Positions 18,279 through 29,882 of a DNA stretch of 64,000 nucleotides are shown here, in pieces. Source of the DNA: an uncultured Planctomycetia bacterium (GTDB lineage: Bacteria > Omnitrophota > Gorgyraeia > 2-01-FULL-45-10); contig CAYGRZ010000001.1 of assembly GCA_964352425.1 (NCBI GenBank), positions 672 through 64,671 on the forward strand. Reading direction: 5' to 3'. Within the stretch, counting starts at the first letter, position 1, and the number at the start of each line of letters is the position of its first letter. A model generated the notes under the pieces. The model saw only the letters and a list, made by a program, of their open reading frames with translations. It was not told the DNA's origin and ran no database searches. A program made the translations under genes and the position numbers.

Positions 18279-19480
18279 AATACGCGATACTTGTCGGCGA
18301 CGGGATGAGCGATTACCCCGTTCCTGAACTTGGCGACAGGACGCCTCTTGAGGTCGCGAAGATCCCGAACATGAACGATATCGTCAAGCACGGGATGATC
18401 GGCCTGGTCAAGACGGTCCCGTCAGGGATGAAGCCCGCCAGCGATATCGCGAACCTCGCCATCATGGGATACGACCCAAAGACGTATTATACCGGCAGGG
18501 GGCCGCTCGAAGCCGCGAATATAGGTATAGAGATCGCCGAGAACGAGATCGCGTTCAGGTGCAACCTTATCACCGCGAACAATGATACGCTCGCCGACTA
18601 CAGCGCGGGGCATATTGCGGAAAAAGAGTCGAGGACGCTGATGGAGTATCTCGACAAAAAGCTGGGATCGGAGAAGGTCAGGTTTTACCACGGCAAAAGC
18701 TACCGTAACCTGACGGTCATCAGGACAAAGTCGGATGATGAGCTGAGCGGCCTGAAAAAAGTTGACTGCACCCCGCCGCATGATATCAGCGGGAAGTCTA
18801 TTTCCAAACACCTTCCGAAGGGCAAGGGCGCCCGGATACTGGTTGAGCTGATGCAGGCGTCAAGGGAGATCCTTGAGAAGCAGGAGATAAATAGAGTCCG
18901 GGTGGATCTTGGCGAGAACCCCGGCAATATGATCTGGCTCTGGGGGCAGGGCACCAACCCGAACATGCCGACATTCAAAGGGCTCTTCGGCATCGAGGGA
19001 TCGGTCATATCGGCGGTCGACCTGATCAACGGGATCGGCAAGCTTATCGGCCTCGAGGTGATACAGGTCCCCGGCGCGACCGGTTATTACGATACCAATT
19101 ACCAGGGGAAGGGCGAGTACGCGGTCGCGTCGTTAAAGAGGAAAGATTATATCTTCGTCCATGTCGAAGCGCCGGACGAGGCGGGACATAACGGCGACGT
19201 GCGGGAGAAGATCAGGGCGATAGAGAACTTCGACAAGTTCGTGGTCGGCCAGGTCTGGCGATACCTGCAGGGCGCCGGTGATTACCGGGTCATGGTATTG
19301 TCGGACCACCCGACGCCCGTCTCGATAAAGACGCACGCGGCCGACCCCGCGCCGTTTGCCGTGGCGGGGACCGGGGTGGATCATAACGGCTTTGATGTCT
19401 TCAGTGAGGCGAATGCGAAAGAGAGCAAACTGAAATTCAAGAGCGGCGCCTCGCTGACCGAACGGCTGATAAAAGGGTGA
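18275..19480 (+). CDS. apgM: ApgM-like cofactor-independent phosphoglycerate mutase family protein (proposed homoserine kinase type)
   Basis: [41 protein letters not shown]; lies between thrC and lysC. Confidence 0.85.
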   Translation: MKYAILVGDGMSDYPVPELGDRTPLEVAKIPNMNDIVKHGMIGLVKTVPSGMKPASDIANLAIMGYDPKTYYTGRGPLEAANIGIEIAENEIAFRCNLITANNDTLADYSAGHIAEKESRTLMEYLDKKLGSEKVRFYHGKSYRNLTVIRTKSDDELSGLKKVDCTPPHDISGKSISKHLPKGKGARILVELMQASREILEKQEINRVRVDLGENPGNMIWLWGQGTNPNMPTFKGLFGIEGSVISAVDLINGIGKLIGLEVIQVPGATGYYDTNYQGKGEYAVASLKRKDYIFVHVEAPDEAGHNGDVREKIRAIENFDKFVVGQVWRYLQGAGDYRVMVLSDHPTPVSIKTHAADPAPFAVAGTGVDHNGFDVFSEANAKESKLKFKSGASLTERLIKG

Positions 19481-19486
19481 TACGAT

Positions 19487-20719
19487 ATGAGTAAAGGCAT
19501 ACTGGTGCAGAAGTACGGCGGCACGAGCGTCGCCGACGTGGACAGGATAAAGAACGTGGCCCGGCGCGTCCTGAGGGCCAGGAATGAGGGTTACGATGTG
19601 GTCGTCGTCGTATCCGCGCTCGGCGATACGACAGATAACCTTATTAGCCTGGCGCTCCAGGTGACCAACAGTCCGGCCGAACGAGAACTCGATATGCTCA
19701 TCTCGACCGGCGAGCAGGTCTCCTGCGCGCTGCTGGCGATGGCGATACACGAGCTGGGCCAGGACGCGATATCGTGCACCGGCGCGCAGGTCGGGATCAA
19801 AACGGACGATTCATTCACCAAGGCTCGTATAATCGACATCAATGCGAAGCGTATCGTCGAGGAGCTCAGGAAGAAGCGCATAGTCATTGTTGCCGGATTT
19901 CAGGGCGTCAACATGAACCAGGATATCACGACGCTGGGCCGAGGCGGCTCGAATCTTACCGCTGTAGCGCTCGCTAAGGTCCTGGGAGCGGTGTCGTGCG
20001 AGATGAATACCGACGTCGAAGGAGTATTTACGACGGATCCGAAGATCGCCAAAGACGCGCGCAAGATCGACAGGCTGAGCTACGAAGAGATGTTCGAGCT
20101 CGCCAGCCTCGGCGCCCAGGTGCTGCAGCCCAGGTCTATAGAGTTCGCGATGAAGTTCGGGGTACCGATACACGTCAGGTCGAGTTTCTCCAATAAAACG
20201 GGCACGATAATTTCCAAGGAGGTCAGGGCGATGGAAGATATAGTCGTTTCGGGCGTGGCGCTGACAAAGAACGAGGCGAAGGTGACGATATGCGATGTGC
20301 CTGACAGGCCGGGCATCGCGGCGAAGATATTCAAAGAGCTGGCGAAGCAGGACATAAATGTCGATATGATAGTCCAGAACGTATCGAGGACAGGTGCGAC
20401 AGACATGTCGTTCACCGTACCGGCGAACGATCTGAATAAGACGATCAAGGTCGCCAGGGGCATCTCGGGCAGTATCAGGGCGGGGGGCATCATCTTCGAC
20501 AAGGACATAGCAAAAGTCTCGATAGTCGGCATAGGGATGAAGAGCCATTCCGGCGTCGCCGCGAAGATGTTCGAGGCGCTTGCCGAGAACCGGATAAATA
20601 TAGAGATGATATCGACAAGCGAGATCAAGATATCGTGCGTCGTCGCCAGGAAGCGCGGTGAAGATGCCGTTCGGGCGATACACTCGAAATTCGGACTCGG
20701 CAAAAAGAGGAGCTTATGA
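19487..20719 (+). CDS. lysC: Aspartate kinase
   Basis: QKYGGTSV, VVSALG, AGFQG, TTLGRGGS, two ACT domains, ISTSEIKIS. Confidence 0.95.
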   Translation: MSKGILVQKYGGTSVADVDRIKNVARRVLRARNEGYDVVVVVSALGDTTDNLISLALQVTNSPAERELDMLISTGEQVSCALLAMAIHELGQDAISCTGAQVGIKTDDSFTKARIIDINAKRIVEELRKKRIVIVAGFQGVNMNQDITTLGRGGSNLTAVALAKVLGAVSCEMNTDVEGVFTTDPKIAKDARKIDRLSYEEMFELASLGAQVLQPRSIEFAMKFGVPIHVRSSFSNKTGTIISKEVRAMEDIVVSGVALTKNEAKVTICDVPDRPGIAAKIFKELAKQDINVDMIVQNVSRTGATDMSFTVPANDLNKTIKVARGISGSIRAGGIIFDKDIAKVSIVGIGMKSHSGVAAKMFEALAENRINIEMISTSEIKISCVVARKRGEDAVRAIHSKFGLGKKRSL

Positions 20720-22284
20720 GCAGGATAGAGCTGTATGATACCACGCTGCGGGACGGCGCGCAGACGGAGGGCATCTCGTTCACGGTCGCGGACAAGCTGA
20801 GGATCTGCGAGAAGCTTGACGAACTCGGGATCAGCTTCATCGAAGGCGGCTGGCCCGGCGCCAATCCGAAGGACATGGACTTCTTCAAAAAAGCTAAAGG
20901 TTTGCGCCTGAAGAACGCGCAGGTCGTGGCCTTCGGCAGCACGCGCCACGCCGGAACGAAGGCAGCCTCCGATAAGGTCCTGAAAGGCCTGCTTGCCGCC
21001 GGCACTAAGTACATAACCATATTCGGGAAGAGTTGGGACCTGCACGTGCGCGATGTCCTGAAGGTGGACCTTGCGGAAAATATCCGGATGATCGAGGACA
21101 GCGTCGCATTCCTGAGGTCAAGGGGTAGGTCGGTCATATTTGATGCCGAGCACTTCTTCGACGGATTCAACGCTAACAGGGAATATGCGTTACAATGCAT
21201 CAAAGCAGCCGAGGCTGCCGGTGCAGAGCGTATCGTCTTATGCGATACGAACGGCGGGACGGTGACATCGAGAGTGTTTGAGGTCGTCGAAGAGGTCAAG
21301 GCCGCCATGAAGACGCCCCTTGGCATACACGCGCACAACGATTCGGAGATGGCGGTCGCCAACTCTGTAGCCGCGGTACAGGCAGGCTGCATCCACGCGC
21401 AGGGCACGATCAACGGTTACGGCGAGCGATGCGGCAACGCCAACCTGATATCGATAGCGGCAAACCTGAAGCTCAAGCTCGGCATCGACTGTATCTCCGA
21501 CCTGCAGATGAGAGAACTGACCGAGGTCGCCAGGTTCGTGGCCGAGGTTTGCAACATGAGACTGAATGACAACCAGCCGTTCGTCGGGAACAGCGCGTTT
21601 GCCCATAAGGCGGGCGTCCATGTGAACGCAATCCTGAAGAACAGCGCGACCTATGAGCATGTCGATCCCCACGCGGTGGGAAACCGCAGGCGGCTGCTCA
21701 TCTCCGAGCTTGCGGGAAAATCGACCATCCTTAAGAAGGCAGAAGAGATAGATGTTGATCTCGGAAGTGACGCCGCGAAGTCCAGAAAGATATTGAAGAC
21801 CCTGCAGGAGCTGGAGCATAAGGGGTACCATTTCGAGGTGGCTGAGGCATCGCTGGAGCTTCTTATAAAGCGGATCATGAAGAAGTTCAAAGACTTCTTC
21901 GAGCTCGAGGATTTCAGGGTGATCATCGAGAAGAAGAAGGGCGGCAGGATGTCGTCCGAGGCAACTATCAAGCTCAAGGTCGGCAAAGAGATCGAACACA
22001 CCGCGTCGCTTGGCGACGGTCCGGTCAATGCCCTCGACAGCGCCCTCAGGAAAGCGCTTAAGAAGTTCTATCCCAGGATCGCCGAGATGCACCTGACAGA
22101 TTACAAGGTCCGCGTGCTGGACGAGAAGGAAGGCACGGCTGCCCGCGTGCGCGTCCTCATCCAGTCGCAGGATACGGATGCATCATGGTGGACGATGGGC
22201 GTATCGGAGAACATCATCGACGCATCGTGGCAGGCGCTCGTCGATTCGGTTGAATATAAGCTGTTGAAAGATTCGAAGAAATAG
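20716..22284 (+). CDS. cimA: Citramalate synthase (LeuA family)
   Basis: DTTLRDGAQTEG, IEGGWPGANPKD, DAEHFFDG, HAHND, GERCGNAN, GDGPVNALD. Confidence 0.9.
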   Translation: MSRIELYDTTLRDGAQTEGISFTVADKLRICEKLDELGISFIEGGWPGANPKDMDFFKKAKGLRLKNAQVVAFGSTRHAGTKAASDKVLKGLLAAGTKYITIFGKSWDLHVRDVLKVDLAENIRMIEDSVAFLRSRGRSVIFDAEHFFDGFNANREYALQCIKAAEAAGAERIVLCDTNGGTVTSRVFEVVEEVKAAMKTPLGIHAHNDSEMAVANSVAAVQAGCIHAQGTINGYGERCGNANLISIAANLKLKLGIDCISDLQMRELTEVARFVAEVCNMRLNDNQPFVGNSAFAHKAGVHVNAILKNSATYEHVDPHAVGNRRRLLISELAGKSTILKKAEEIDVDLGSDAAKSRKILKTLQELEHKGYHFEVAEASLELLIKRIMKKFKDFFELEDFRVIIEKKKGGRMSSEATIKLKVGKEIEHTASLGDGPVNALDSALRKALKKFYPRIAEMHLTDYKVRVLDEKEGTAARVRVLIQSQDTDASWWTMGVSENIIDASWQALVDSVEYKLLKDSKK

Positions 22285-22300
22285 CGCGGGGGTCGACGGT

Positions 22301-22729
22301 ATGATTAAGAGCGTAACGCTTGGTGAAGAGCTGGTGATCTCGGCAAACAATAAGGTCGGATTACTGGCGGATATCGCGTCGATGCTGGCGAGCCGCGGCA
22401 TCAATATCGAATCGGCGCTCGGCTATGAGTCGGGCAGGACCGCAAAGCTCATGCTGGTGACCAGCGCCAACCTCGCTATCGTCAATGAACTCAAGAAAAA
22501 GAAGTACAAGTCCGTCAAGGAGACCGAAGTCGTGATGGTGGAGCTTCTGGACAGGCCGGGAGCCATGAAGGTAGTCACCACCGAGCTCAAAAAGGCCCGG
22601 ATCGATATCAAGTATCTCTATATCACATCGCCGTCGGTGAGGCAGGGCTCATCGAGAATGGTCATATCCACGAGCGATAACGAGGCCGCGATGGCGCTTC
22701 TGGCGAAGTTTACGGAATCGGGCGACTGA
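22301..22729 (+). CDS. Tandem ACT-domain protein
   Basis: NKVGLLA...GINI and DRPGAM...IDI ACT motifs; paralog of 40966..41379. Confidence 0.85.
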   Translation: MIKSVTLGEELVISANNKVGLLADIASMLASRGINIESALGYESGRTAKLMLVTSANLAIVNELKKKKYKSVKETEVVMVELLDRPGAMKVVTTELKKARIDIKYLYITSPSVRQGSSRMVISTSDNEAAMALLAKFTESGD

Positions 22730-22784
22730 CAGGGACCGGCGCACCTTCTTTGAAGGGAGCGGGGTAAACGGAAGAAGGTGCGGG

Positions 22785-23054
22785 ATGAAGATTGCGATTG
22801 AGAAGCTGGACATGAAGGAACTCGAAAAGCGCGGCGTATTTTCGTGGCCCATCTGGGAGAAGGAAGTTTCGAAATTCGACTGGCACTATGATTCGTCCGA
22901 GCAGTGCTATTTCCTCGATGGCAACGTCACCGTCGAAACGAAAGACGGCGGGTCGGTGAGTTTCGGCAAAGGCGATTTCGTCACATTCCCGGTCGGGCTG
23001 ACCTGCGTGTGGCATGTGAAAGAGCCGGTAAAGAAACACTACAAGTTCACCTAA
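22785..23054 (+). CDS. Cupin protein (DUF861-like)
   Basis: WPIWEKEVSKFDWHY..EQCYFLDG, GDFVTFP.G..C.W.V...KKHY. Confidence 0.88.
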   Translation: MKIAIEKLDMKELEKRGVFSWPIWEKEVSKFDWHYDSSEQCYFLDGNVTVETKDGGSVSFGKGDFVTFPVGLTCVWHVKEPVKKHYKFT

Positions 23055-23058
23055 GATA

Positions 23059-25722
23059 ATGACGGAATTGCCTAAAGCGTACGATCCTCACGATGTAGAG
23101 GACAGGATCTATAAGACATGGGAAGAAAACGGGTATTTTCACGCCGATCCGGATCCCGCTAAGAAGCCGTATTCGATAGTCATCCCGCCCCCCAATATCA
23201 CCGGCATCCTGCATATGGGCCATGCCCTCAATAACACGATACAGGATATCCTTATCCGCTTCAAGCGTATGCAAGGTTTCCGGGCGGAGTGGATGCCGGG
23301 GACCGACCATGCCGGCATCGCCACGCAGAACGTCGTCGAGAGGAAGCTTGCCAAGGACGGGATCAAGCGTCAGGAGCTGGGCCGGGAGAAGTTCGTCGAA
23401 GAGGTATGGAAGTGGCGCGAGGAATACGGCTCGACGATCATCCGCCAGCTAAAGTCGCTCGGCTGCTCCTGCGACTGGGAGCGGACCCGCTTCACGATGG
23501 ATGAGGGCCTGTCCGATGCGGTGATCGAGGTATTCATCCGGCTCTATGAGAAGGGCCTCATCTACAGGGGCAATTACATAATCAACTGGTGCCCGCGGTG
23601 CCAGACCGCGCTCTCCGATGAGGAGTCGCAGCATAAAGACGTCGACGGCATGCTGTATTATGTCAAATATCCCGTCAAGGGCTCGACGAAGCAGAAGGAG
23701 GAGCATGTCACGATAGCGACGACGCGTCCGGAGACGATGCTCGGTGACGTTGCGATCGCGGTGAACCCGAAGGATAAGAGGTATAAGGGCCTCAAGGACA
23801 GGGTGGTCATCCTGCCGATTATGAACCGCGAGCTGAGGGTCGTGTTTGACACGCTTGTCGACATGAAGTTCGGCACCGGCGCGCTCAAAGTCACGCCCGC
23901 GCACGACCCGGTCGATTTCGAGCTCGGCCTGAAACACGGCCTCGAGCAGATCAACGTGATGAACGACGACGCTACCGTGAACGCAAACGGCGGCGAATAC
24001 GAAGGGATGGACCGTTTCGAGGCCAGGGAAGCCATCGTCGAGGCGCTGAAGGAGCGGGGGCTCTTCATCAAGTCGGAACCGCACCGCCACGCGGTCGGCC
24101 ATTGTTACCGGTGCCATACGATGGTCGAGCCGCGCCTGTCGCCGCAATGGTTCGTGAAGATGAAGCCGCTGGCGAAGCCGGCCATCGATGCCGTGAAGAG
24201 CGGTCAGATCAAGTTCTATCCCGCGCGGTGGATGAAGGTCTATCTTGACTGGATGGAGAATATCCGCGATTGGTGCATATCGCGCCAGATATGGTGGGGA
24301 CATAGGATACCCGTCTACTACTGCAAAAAGTGCGAAGAGGGAAAAAGTATTATCGTTTCGAAGGCAAGGCCGGAGAAATGCCCGAAATGCGGCTCTGCCG
24401 ATATAGAGCAGGATCCGGATGTGCTCGATACGTGGTTCTCGTCGTGGCTCTGGCCGTTCTCGACGTTCGGCTGGCCCAAGGATACGCCGGAGCTGAAATA
24501 TTTCTATCCGACAGACGCGCTCGTCACCGCGCAGGAGATCATATTCTTCTGGGTGGCGAGGATGATCATGGCCGGCCTCGAGTTTAAGGGGGACATTCCG
24601 TTCAGGCATGTCTACATACACGGTACGGTCCGCGACATCACCGGCACGAAGATGTCGAAGTCGCTCGGCAACGTCATCGACCCGCTCGACATGATACAGA
24701 AGTACGGTACCGACGCGCTCCGCTTCAGCATCATATCGATAACGTCGCAGGGGCAGGACGTCTTCCTGTCCGAGTCGAAGTTCGAGCTCGGCAGGAACTT
24801 CGCGAATAAGATCTGGAACGCTTCGCGGTTCATACTTTCAAACCTGAAATCCGAAGAGGTCAATACCGATCTCTGCGTTTTCTTTAAGGGTGCCAGCCTG
24901 ACACTCCCGGAGAGGTGGGTACTCTCCCGGTTCTATTCGACGCTTCATTACGTCGGCGAATGCCTCGACCAGTACAGGTTTAACGAGGCTGCCAACGCTA
25001 TATATGAATTCATATGGCATGAGTTCTGTGACTGGTACATTGAGACGGCAAAGACGACGATAGGCCGGGCGGCCTCGCAGGTGATACTCTATAAAGTCCT
25101 GGAGAAGTCGCTGCGCATGCTTCACCCGTTCATGCCCTTTATTACCGAAGAGATATGGCAGAAGCTGCCGCGGTCGAAAGACGTGGCGGCTGAGTCGATT
25201 ATGCTCACGTCCTGGCCGCACATACAGAAAGAGATGATATCCAAAAAGTGTGAAACCCAGATGCAGGAGATCATACAGCTCGTCACCGCCGTACGGAATA
25301 TCAGGGCGGTGTGGAATATAGACCTGAGGACGGATCTGAATGTCATCATCAATGTCAGGGACGGAGCGCTCGGGAAGCTGATAGGCGACAATATTGATTT
25401 TGTGAAACGGATGGCAAGGATATTGGGCCTTAAGATCGGCACACACCCGAAGCCGAAGGGCGCGGCGGTCAGCATCATCGGCGCCATGGAGGTATACGTG
25501 CCGCTCGAAGGGCTGATAGATTTCCAGAAAGAGAAGGCTCGGCTCGAGAAGGAGATGGACAGGATGGCCCAGGAGATGAAGGCCCTCACAGGCCGCCTCA
25601 AAGACAAGCATTTCCTGTCCAAGGCGCCTGAAGAGGTAGTCGAGAAGCAGCGCCAGCGCAAGACGGAGCTGGCACTACAGATGGAGAAGTTGAAAGCCAA
25701 CCTGAAAGAGATAGTTGCATAA
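23059..25722 (+). CDS. valS: Valine--tRNA ligase
   Basis: PPPNITG.LHMGH, DHAGIATQ, DWCISRQIWWGH, KMSKS, C-terminal coiled coil. Confidence 0.98.
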   Translation: MTELPKAYDPHDVEDRIYKTWEENGYFHADPDPAKKPYSIVIPPPNITGILHMGHALNNTIQDILIRFKRMQGFRAEWMPGTDHAGIATQNVVERKLAKDGIKRQELGREKFVEEVWKWREEYGSTIIRQLKSLGCSCDWERTRFTMDEGLSDAVIEVFIRLYEKGLIYRGNYIINWCPRCQTALSDEESQHKDVDGMLYYVKYPVKGSTKQKEEHVTIATTRPETMLGDVAIAVNPKDKRYKGLKDRVVILPIMNRELRVVFDTLVDMKFGTGALKVTPAHDPVDFELGLKHGLEQINVMNDDATVNANGGEYEGMDRFEAREAIVEALKERGLFIKSEPHRHAVGHCYRCHTMVEPRLSPQWFVKMKPLAKPAIDAVKSGQIKFYPARWMKVYLDWMENIRDWCISRQIWWGHRIPVYYCKKCEEGKSIIVSKARPEKCPKCGSADIEQDPDVLDTWFSSWLWPFSTFGWPKDTPELKYFYPTDALVTAQEIIFFWVARMIMAGLEFKGDIPFRHVYIHGTVRDITGTKMSKSLGNVIDPLDMIQKYGTDALRFSIISITSQGQDVFLSESKFELGRNFANKIWNASRFILSNLKSEEVNTDLCVFFKGASLTLPERWVLSRFYSTLHYVGECLDQYRFNEAANAIYEFIWHEFCDWYIETAKTTIGRAASQVILYKVLEKSLRMLHPFMPFITEEIWQKLPRSKDVAAESIMLTSWPHIQKEMISKKCETQMQEIIQLVTAVRNIRAVWNIDLRTDLNVIINVRDGALGKLIGDNIDFVKRMARILGLKIGTHPKPKGAAVSIIGAMEVYVPLEGLIDFQKEKARLEKEMDRMAQEMKALTGRLKDKHFLSKAPEEVVEKQRQRKTELALQMEKLKANLKEIVA

Positions 25723-25736
25723 CCGGGGAGGGTACA

Positions 25737-26024
25737 ATGGTGAAGTGTTTATTGTCAGTGATCGTTTTGGCGGGCTTTATTTTCACGGGCGCGTATGCCG
25801 CTGATGACCAGAAGGCGCAATGCGCGACAGTGGCCACCCGTTCCGATGACCAATCAGGCATACTGGGTTTCAATCCGTTTAAGGCCCGCCAGGCAAGGGG
25901 GCTGGGTGATGACGAAGGCGGCGGCGCCGACAGGATGGGTGTCATGTCACCGGGGCAGTCATACGACGGGAATACCGGAATGCCGAATGTAGTCTCAAGC
26001 GACAGCTCGGACCAGGTCTGGTAG
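25737..26024 (+). CDS. Small exported hypothetical protein
   Basis: GGAGAGG RBS; signal-peptide-like N-terminus ending AYA; fills the valS-nadC gap; acidic low-complexity mature part. Confidence 0.65.
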   Translation: MVKCLLSVIVLAGFIFTGAYAADDQKAQCATVATRSDDQSGILGFNPFKARQARGLGDDEGGGADRMGVMSPGQSYDGNTGMPNVVSSDSSDQVW

Positions 26025-26028
26025 GCTC

Positions 26029-26901
26029 ATGCGGCTGGATAAGGAACGGGTGCTCCCGATCATCAAGGCGGCGCTGAAAGAGGATATCGGCAAAGGCGAC
26101 GTGACGACGCAGGCGCTTGTCGAGAAGACGGCAAGCACGAACGCGGCGATCGCTACCAGGGAAGAGTGCGTCGTCTGCGGGCTCGAGATCGCCGAATGGA
26201 CAATGGCCCAGATCGATTTCAGCGTGCGCTTCAAGCCCAATTGCAGGGACGGCGCGTCTGTCGGGAGCGGCATGGAGATCGCGTTCCTTGAAGGCCATAC
26301 GGCATCCATATTGAGGGCGGAGCGCACGATGCTCAATTTCATCGCGCTGCTGAGCGGTATCGCGACCAGGACGAAAGAGTTCGCGGACAAGGTCAAGCCG
26401 TACGGCGTGAAGATCATGGACACGCGCAAGACTCTGCCGCTCTTGCGCTATCTCGAGAAGTACGCGGTCGCGACCGGCGGGGGCACGAACCACCGGATGG
26501 GGCTGTATGACCAGGTGCTGATAAAGGATAACCATATTAAGGGCCAAGGGCTAAGAGCTAAGGGCGAAGGAAAAGGGCTTCTACAGGAAATGGTCGAGGC
26601 GGCAAGAAAGAGGACTCAGAAAGGCACCGTCATAGAGATCGAGGTCGAGAGCCTTGAGGAGTTCAATGACGCGCTTTCAGGCAAGCCCGATATCATCATG
26701 CTTGATAATATGACCCCGAACCTCATCAGGGCCTGCGTCGAGATACGGAAGCTCGCCAAGGCCAAGCCGCTCCTCGAAGCATCGGGCGGCATCACGCTGG
26801 ACAATGTTGAGGCCTACGCCAGGACCGGCGTCGATATGATGTCTGTCGGGTCGCTGACGGGGTCTGTCAGTGCGATCGATATGTCTCTGGACATAGCCTG
26901 A
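26029..26901 (+). CDS. nadC: Quinolinate phosphoribosyltransferase
   Basis: ALKEDIG.GDVT, DTRKT, NHRMGL, IKDNH, EIEVE, IMLDN, EASGG. Confidence 0.96.
   Translation: MRLDKERVLPIIKAALKEDIGKGDVTTQALVEKTASTNAAIATREECVVCGLEIAEWTMAQIDFSVRFKPNCRDGASVGSGMEIAFLEGHTASILRAERTMLNFIALLSGIATRTKEFADKVKPYGVKIMDTRKTLPLLRYLEKYAVATGGGTNHRMGLYDQVLIKDNHIKGQGLRAKGEGKGLLQEMVEAARKRTQKGTVIEIEVESLEEFNDALSGKPDIIMLDNMTPNLIRACVEIRKLAKAKPLLEASGGITLDNVEAYARTGVDMMSVGSLTGSVSAIDMSLDIA
26540..26580 (+). repeat. Heptamer tandem repeat (AGRGCNA) inside nadC
   Basis: AGGGCCA AGGGCTA AGAGCTA AGGGCGA (AGGAAA) AGGGCTT; translates within [13 protein letters not shown]. Confidence 0.8.
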
Positions 26902-26902
26902 T

Positions 26903-28882
<1,980 letters not shown>

Positions 28883-28904
28883 GGCTAAAGGCCGGGAGTA
28901 GTAT

Positions 28905-29882
28905 ATGTTGGATGAGAAGATCCTGGACATCTTAAGGAGCAGCGGGCAGTCGCACGTCTCGGGAGAAGACCTGTGCAAGCTCGCCGGCATCTCGAGGGCA
29001 GCCATATGGAAGCACATGGAGAAGCTCAGGGAAGAGGGGTACAACATAGAGGCGTCGCCGCATCTCGGATACCGGCTCATCAGCATACCCGACAGGCTTA
29101 TCCCGGGAGAGGTCAAATCGGGCTTAAAGACCCGGATACTCGGCAAAGAGGTGATCTCATACAGGAAGGTCGATTCGACGAACGACGTCGCATACAGCCT
29201 TGCGGAGAAGGCCCTGAAGGAAGGCGCGGTTATATTCGCCGATGAGCAGGCCAGGGGCAAGGGCAGGCAGGGCAGGACCTGGTCATCGCCGCCAAGAGGC
29301 GGTATCTACATGTCCTGCATACTGAGGCCCGCGATGGCGCCGGCCGAGATATCGAAGATAACGCTCGTCGCGGCCGTCGCGGTGGCGAAGGCGATACGGA
29401 TGGTCACCGGCCTCGACGCCAGGATAAAGTGGCCGAACGATATTTTAATAGGCCAGAACAAGGTATGCGGCATCCTGACCGAGATGAAGGCCGAGCAGGA
29501 CAGAATCGCCTTCATAATCCTCGGCATAGGCATCAACGTAAACACGGCCGCAAAGAGCCTGCCGAAAGGCGCCACGTCGCTGAAGCTGGAATCGAAAGGC
29601 TCCGGCAAGGGCGAGGATATATCGCGCGTTGAGCTTGCGCGCAAGGTGCTCGAAGAGCTTGATGAATACTACGATATCCTGATGAGGAAGGGCTTCAAGC
29701 CCGTCATAGACGAGTGGAAGGAACTCTCGGCGATGCTCGGCTCGAGGATCAAGGTCGTGCTGCCGGCACGAGCGTTTGAAGGCACGGCGCATAACGTTGA
29801 CCCTGACGGCAGCCTGGTGGTCAGGCTCGATTCAGGCGTGTTGCAGAAAGTCCAATCCGGTGATATAGTGATGGTGCGATGA
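28905..29882 (+). CDS. birA: Bifunctional biotin operon repressor / biotin--protein ligase
   Basis: N-terminal HTH SGEDL...ISRAAIWKH, DSTN, GKGRQGR.W, KWPND, KVCGIL. Confidence 0.95.
   Translation: MLDEKILDILRSSGQSHVSGEDLCKLAGISRAAIWKHMEKLREEGYNIEASPHLGYRLISIPDRLIPGEVKSGLKTRILGKEVISYRKVDSTNDVAYSLAEKALKEGAVIFADEQARGKGRQGRTWSSPPRGGIYMSCILRPAMAPAEISKITLVAAVAVAKAIRMVTGLDARIKWPNDILIGQNKVCGILTEMKAEQDRIAFIILGIGINVNTAAKSLPKGATSLKLESKGSGKGEDISRVELARKVLEELDEYYDILMRKGFKPVIDEWKELSAMLGSRIKVVLPARAFEGTAHNVDPDGSLVVRLDSGVLQKVQSGDIVMVR

Noticed and set aside
29593-29616. Gly/Lys-rich loops in BirA (SKGSGKGED) and AckA (SGKGEKAK) as further heptamer insertions
   Set aside because: No clean 7-bp period at DNA level; they could be decayed copies but this cannot be supported.
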